Assembly: GCA_964016885.1 (NCBI GenBank)
Contig: OZ024744.1
Span: 52,762,001 to 52,826,000 of the forward strand
From: Eledone cirrhosa
Lineage: Eukaryota
Direction of reading: 5' to 3'
Length of the DNA stretch: 64,000 nucleotides
Numbering within the stretch: the stretch's first letter is position 1; each line of letters starts with the position of its first letter. Both the position numbers and the translations under genes were made by a program. Shown one piece after another: positions 60,911-64,000 of the stretch. The notes under the pieces are model-generated. The model was not told where the DNA came from and ran no database searches. It worked only from the letters and a program-made list of their open reading frames with translations.

Positions 60911-61011
60911 AATAATAATAATAATAATAATACATTTGAAGACTAACATCCAAAGAGGGCTTGATAAGGATAAATATATATCAAATATATAAGAACCGTA
61001 GAGCAAATATT

Positions 61012-61597
61012 TATTAAAAGAACAGATTAAAGTTTAAGCAAAGAATCACTGCTTTCACCCTTAACGGGAGGTTCTGAAACTAAAAAAATCAATCCGCGAA
61101 CGCAGAAGTAAATATTTATAAAAACGTTGCAACCGAAGAAAAAGAGGAAGACGATACTTTTGTTCGTGGAAACGTTCTCTGGCAATGAACGAAAAAAACG
61201 AAGATAGTACGTCATTATTTGGAGCGGTGAGAACAATTACACGCAAAGATAAAACCACGTTTATGGTACAAATGAAGTCGTGGACTAATATTCTAATAGT
61301 CTATTTAAATGGTTGGAACCACCTAAATAGAATATTAGTCCACGACTTCATTTATACAATAGACGTGGTTTTGTCTTTGCATGTAATTGTTCTCCCCGTT
61401 CCAAATAATGACGTATTATCTTCGTTTTTTCCCGTTCATTGTCAGGGAACGTCTCCACGAACCAAAGTATCGTCTTCCTGTCTTCCTTCGGTTGCAACGT
61501 TTTTCAAAATATTTGCTTCTGCGCTTACAGATTGATTTTTTTAGTTTCAGAGTGAAAGCAGCGATTCTTTGCTTTAACTTTAATCTGTTATTTTAAT
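61012..61597. repeat. Long diverged inverted repeat (arms of about 270-280 bp, roughly 33-bp spacer)
   Basis: About 61012-61294 is complementary to 61328-61597. Confidence 0.85.
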
Positions 61598-61611
61598 ATA
61601 TATATATAGAG

Positions 61612-62490
61612 TAGATCAATATCCCCACTGGTACTAAGTACCTCTGGAAATATATAGGGTGTATATAGTACAGTGGTTGTTCTATGGTGTTAATTTGACA
61701 TACCAGGACTATAAAATTGAGATAAGCGGAGCAAGATTCAAACAACTTTTTAAAATAAATTAGAAAATATAATTTAAATATTCACCTATTCCTTTTGCTT
61801 TTACCGACGGTTTCACTTCACAAAAGATTGGAGATCCTAGGGACTTCCGATGGAAATGTTCAGATCTTCAGAAAGCAGTTTCCTACCTAGGACGTAAAGT
61901 CCCAGGAACAGCAAAATACATTGCCATCTGCCGGCTAGTACAGGATCGAATGAGGCCGTAAACTTGACCTGTGCATGAACCAGGCCTTAGTAGAAGCGGA
62001 AGTAAACATAGACGTGTTGTCTATCACGCCACTTAAAATAGCAGCTAAATAAAACAACGGATTTGTTCTCTACATAACGGGGAATACATAAAAAGGCGAT
62101 CAATATCCCCACTGGTACTAAGTACCTCTGGAAATATATAGGGTGTCTATGGTACAGTGGTTGTTCTATGGTATTAATTTGACATACAAGAACTATAATA
62201 TTGAGATAAGCGGAGCAAGCAAGTTTCAAACAATTTTTTTAAATAAATTAAAAAATATAATTTCAATATTCACCTATTCCTTTTGCTTTTACCGTTCTGG
62301 AACTTTACGTGCTAGGTAGGAAAATGCTTTCTGAAGATCTGAACATTTCCATCGGAAGTCCCTAGGATCTCCAATCTTTCGTGAAGAGAAACCATCGGTA
62401 AAATCAAAGGGAATAGGTGAATATTTAAATTATATTTTTAAATTTATTATGAAAAATTGTTTGAATCTTGCTTGCTCCACTTATCTCAAT
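61612..62490. mobile_element. Penelope-style tandem plus inverted pLTR structure with two hammerheads
   Basis: About 61615-61805 is directly repeated at 62097-62294, and about 61717-61900 is inverted at 62300-62490. Confidence 0.7.
61796..61877 (-). ncRNA. Type I hammerhead ribozyme (inverted copy on + at 62325-62406)
   Basis: Minus strand: TGCTTT CTGAAGA tct...agt GAAAC CGTCG GTA AAAGCA; GUA triplet. Confidence 0.65.
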
Positions 62491-62509
62491 TATATACATA
62501 TATATAGAG

Positions 62510-62594
<85 letters not shown>

Positions 62595-64000
62595 TGTTTC
62601 TTTATTAGCCACAGGGGCACAGAAGAAGGGGACAAATACAAAGGGGGAAGTTTACATACAATAAAAACGTGTAAAATGTTATCACAAATGTAATTTAAAA
62701 AGTTAGTCGATTTTCCCCAATAGGGGAGACAGTTTATATGGGTAACACCCCCGAAAATATGTGCAACCCTCATCTCCAGGAGTACGAAGAGTTTGTACTC
62801 CTTTCCTCTCCTCCTCCTTTTCCTCAACCTACAGGCTGATATAGAGAGAAGGCCCATTCACTCGGGCCATTCTCGCCACTTTCACCCACATTTCATAAAA
62901 CTTGCTGGGGTACAGCACCTCTCTCTCCATCCTGATTCTTCTTCCAAAGTGGTATTTGAAAAAAAGAATCAGTTGTTGGCCGGAGAGAAAGGTGTCTGAC
63001 CTCAGCCCTTTCAACCTTGTCCACCATACAACCTCTTTCGCCATAGCTATCGCACAAAGGAAAACCGCCTCTCCTTCGTTTTTGAAGGAGGGTGGTGGTT
63101 TGATCATGACAATGGACTCGGCGGTCAACCGGATTGTTCCCACCCGCGACAGTAGTCGTTCTACATAGCCCCACAGGTCAGTGACGCCCGGGCAGAGTAT
63201 GAATGCGTGCGCGACGGTTTCTTCGTCTCGCACGCACCTCGGACAGATCTTTTTTGCAGGGTCTCTGCCCGGGCGCCCATGTCTGTAGAGCTTGTCTCGA
63301 ACTGGTAGAGCTCCTCGGTAGCACTGCCAGGCCAGGGACTTTTGGAAGTTGTCCATCGGTCCCGGGCGGAAGGTCCTACCGAACAGACTGGCCAGTTCAT
63401 CTTCCTCTACGCCTAGAGTTTCACCGAGCGCGTCGTCGCACTTGCTGCGGATCAACCCTCTATACAATGACGAAGTGGCGTCTCGACTGATCGCCAGGTC
63501 CGCCTGCCAGAGGGCTGTGAGCGCCTGACCACATTCGATGTGCCAGTCGCCCATTTTCCTCGGTTTTTGGTTGACCCGAGACGAGTCGTGGGAAGGCTCG
63601 CCTCACGAACGGGGCCCACACCGTGAGGAATACGTAGAGATGCCGCAGCCGGAGCGCGTGTTTGCGCATCGTCAACCACGGCATCCCCAGCCCTCCGTTA
63701 GAAGGGTGTTGGCAGCAGATGGATCTTCTCACCAAAGGAGCCCGCCTCTTCCAAAGGAATTGGAAGAGCACGCTTTCCATTTTGGCGGCGTTTTGGCTGG
63801 ACAAGGCACGACGGTCAAGCGGTAGTAGATGGCGGACGCTATAAAAGTGTTCGCCACCTCCGCTCGTCCTTTCAAGGATAGTTTGCACTCGGCCCACTTC
63901 TGGGTGAGTGCAAAGACCTTGGCCGTCACTTCGTTCCAGTTCTCCACCTGGAGGTCCGGACCAAACCAGACCCCGAGCAGCTTTACCGGTCCTTCCGTCC
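62595..64000 (-). mobile_element. 3' part of a second Tx1-like family, tailing into (TCTA)n; continues beyond the window
   Basis: Homologous to the ORF2 C-terminus (FQKSLAWQCYRGALPVRDKL, CPRC..ETVAHAFILC), with frameshifts. AATAAAGAAACA is followed by the (GATA)n tract at 62509-62594. Confidence 0.9.

Overview
AT-rich, microsatellite-saturated eukaryotic DNA in which I recognise no host protein-coding gene. The SINE and microsatellite landscape suggests an octopus-like cephalopod (inference). The right quarter is a nest of non-LTR retrotransposons in (AAT)n and (GATA)n tracts: a near full-length Tx1-like L1-clade element (45830-51861, minus), two R4/Dong-like RT plus restriction-like endonuclease elements with a duplicated 3' fragment (51884-60910, plus), and a second Tx1-like family running off the window. 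The rest holds decayed Dong, Vingi-like, Penelope and Chapaev3/mariner remnants, tRNA-SINEs and mini/microsatellites. The most striking hidden signal is a set of more than ten type I hammerhead ribozyme (HHR) motifs from several unrelated non-coding repeat families, mostly next to (TA)n tracts and in Penelope-style tandem or inverted arrangements. These include a 546-bp head-to-tail array with three HHRs (2494-3872), a candidate retrozyme that could release 546-nt circular RNAs, and a U3-A8 compensatory core variant (38753-38799). All pairings were folded by eye and boundaries of decayed elements are approximate.
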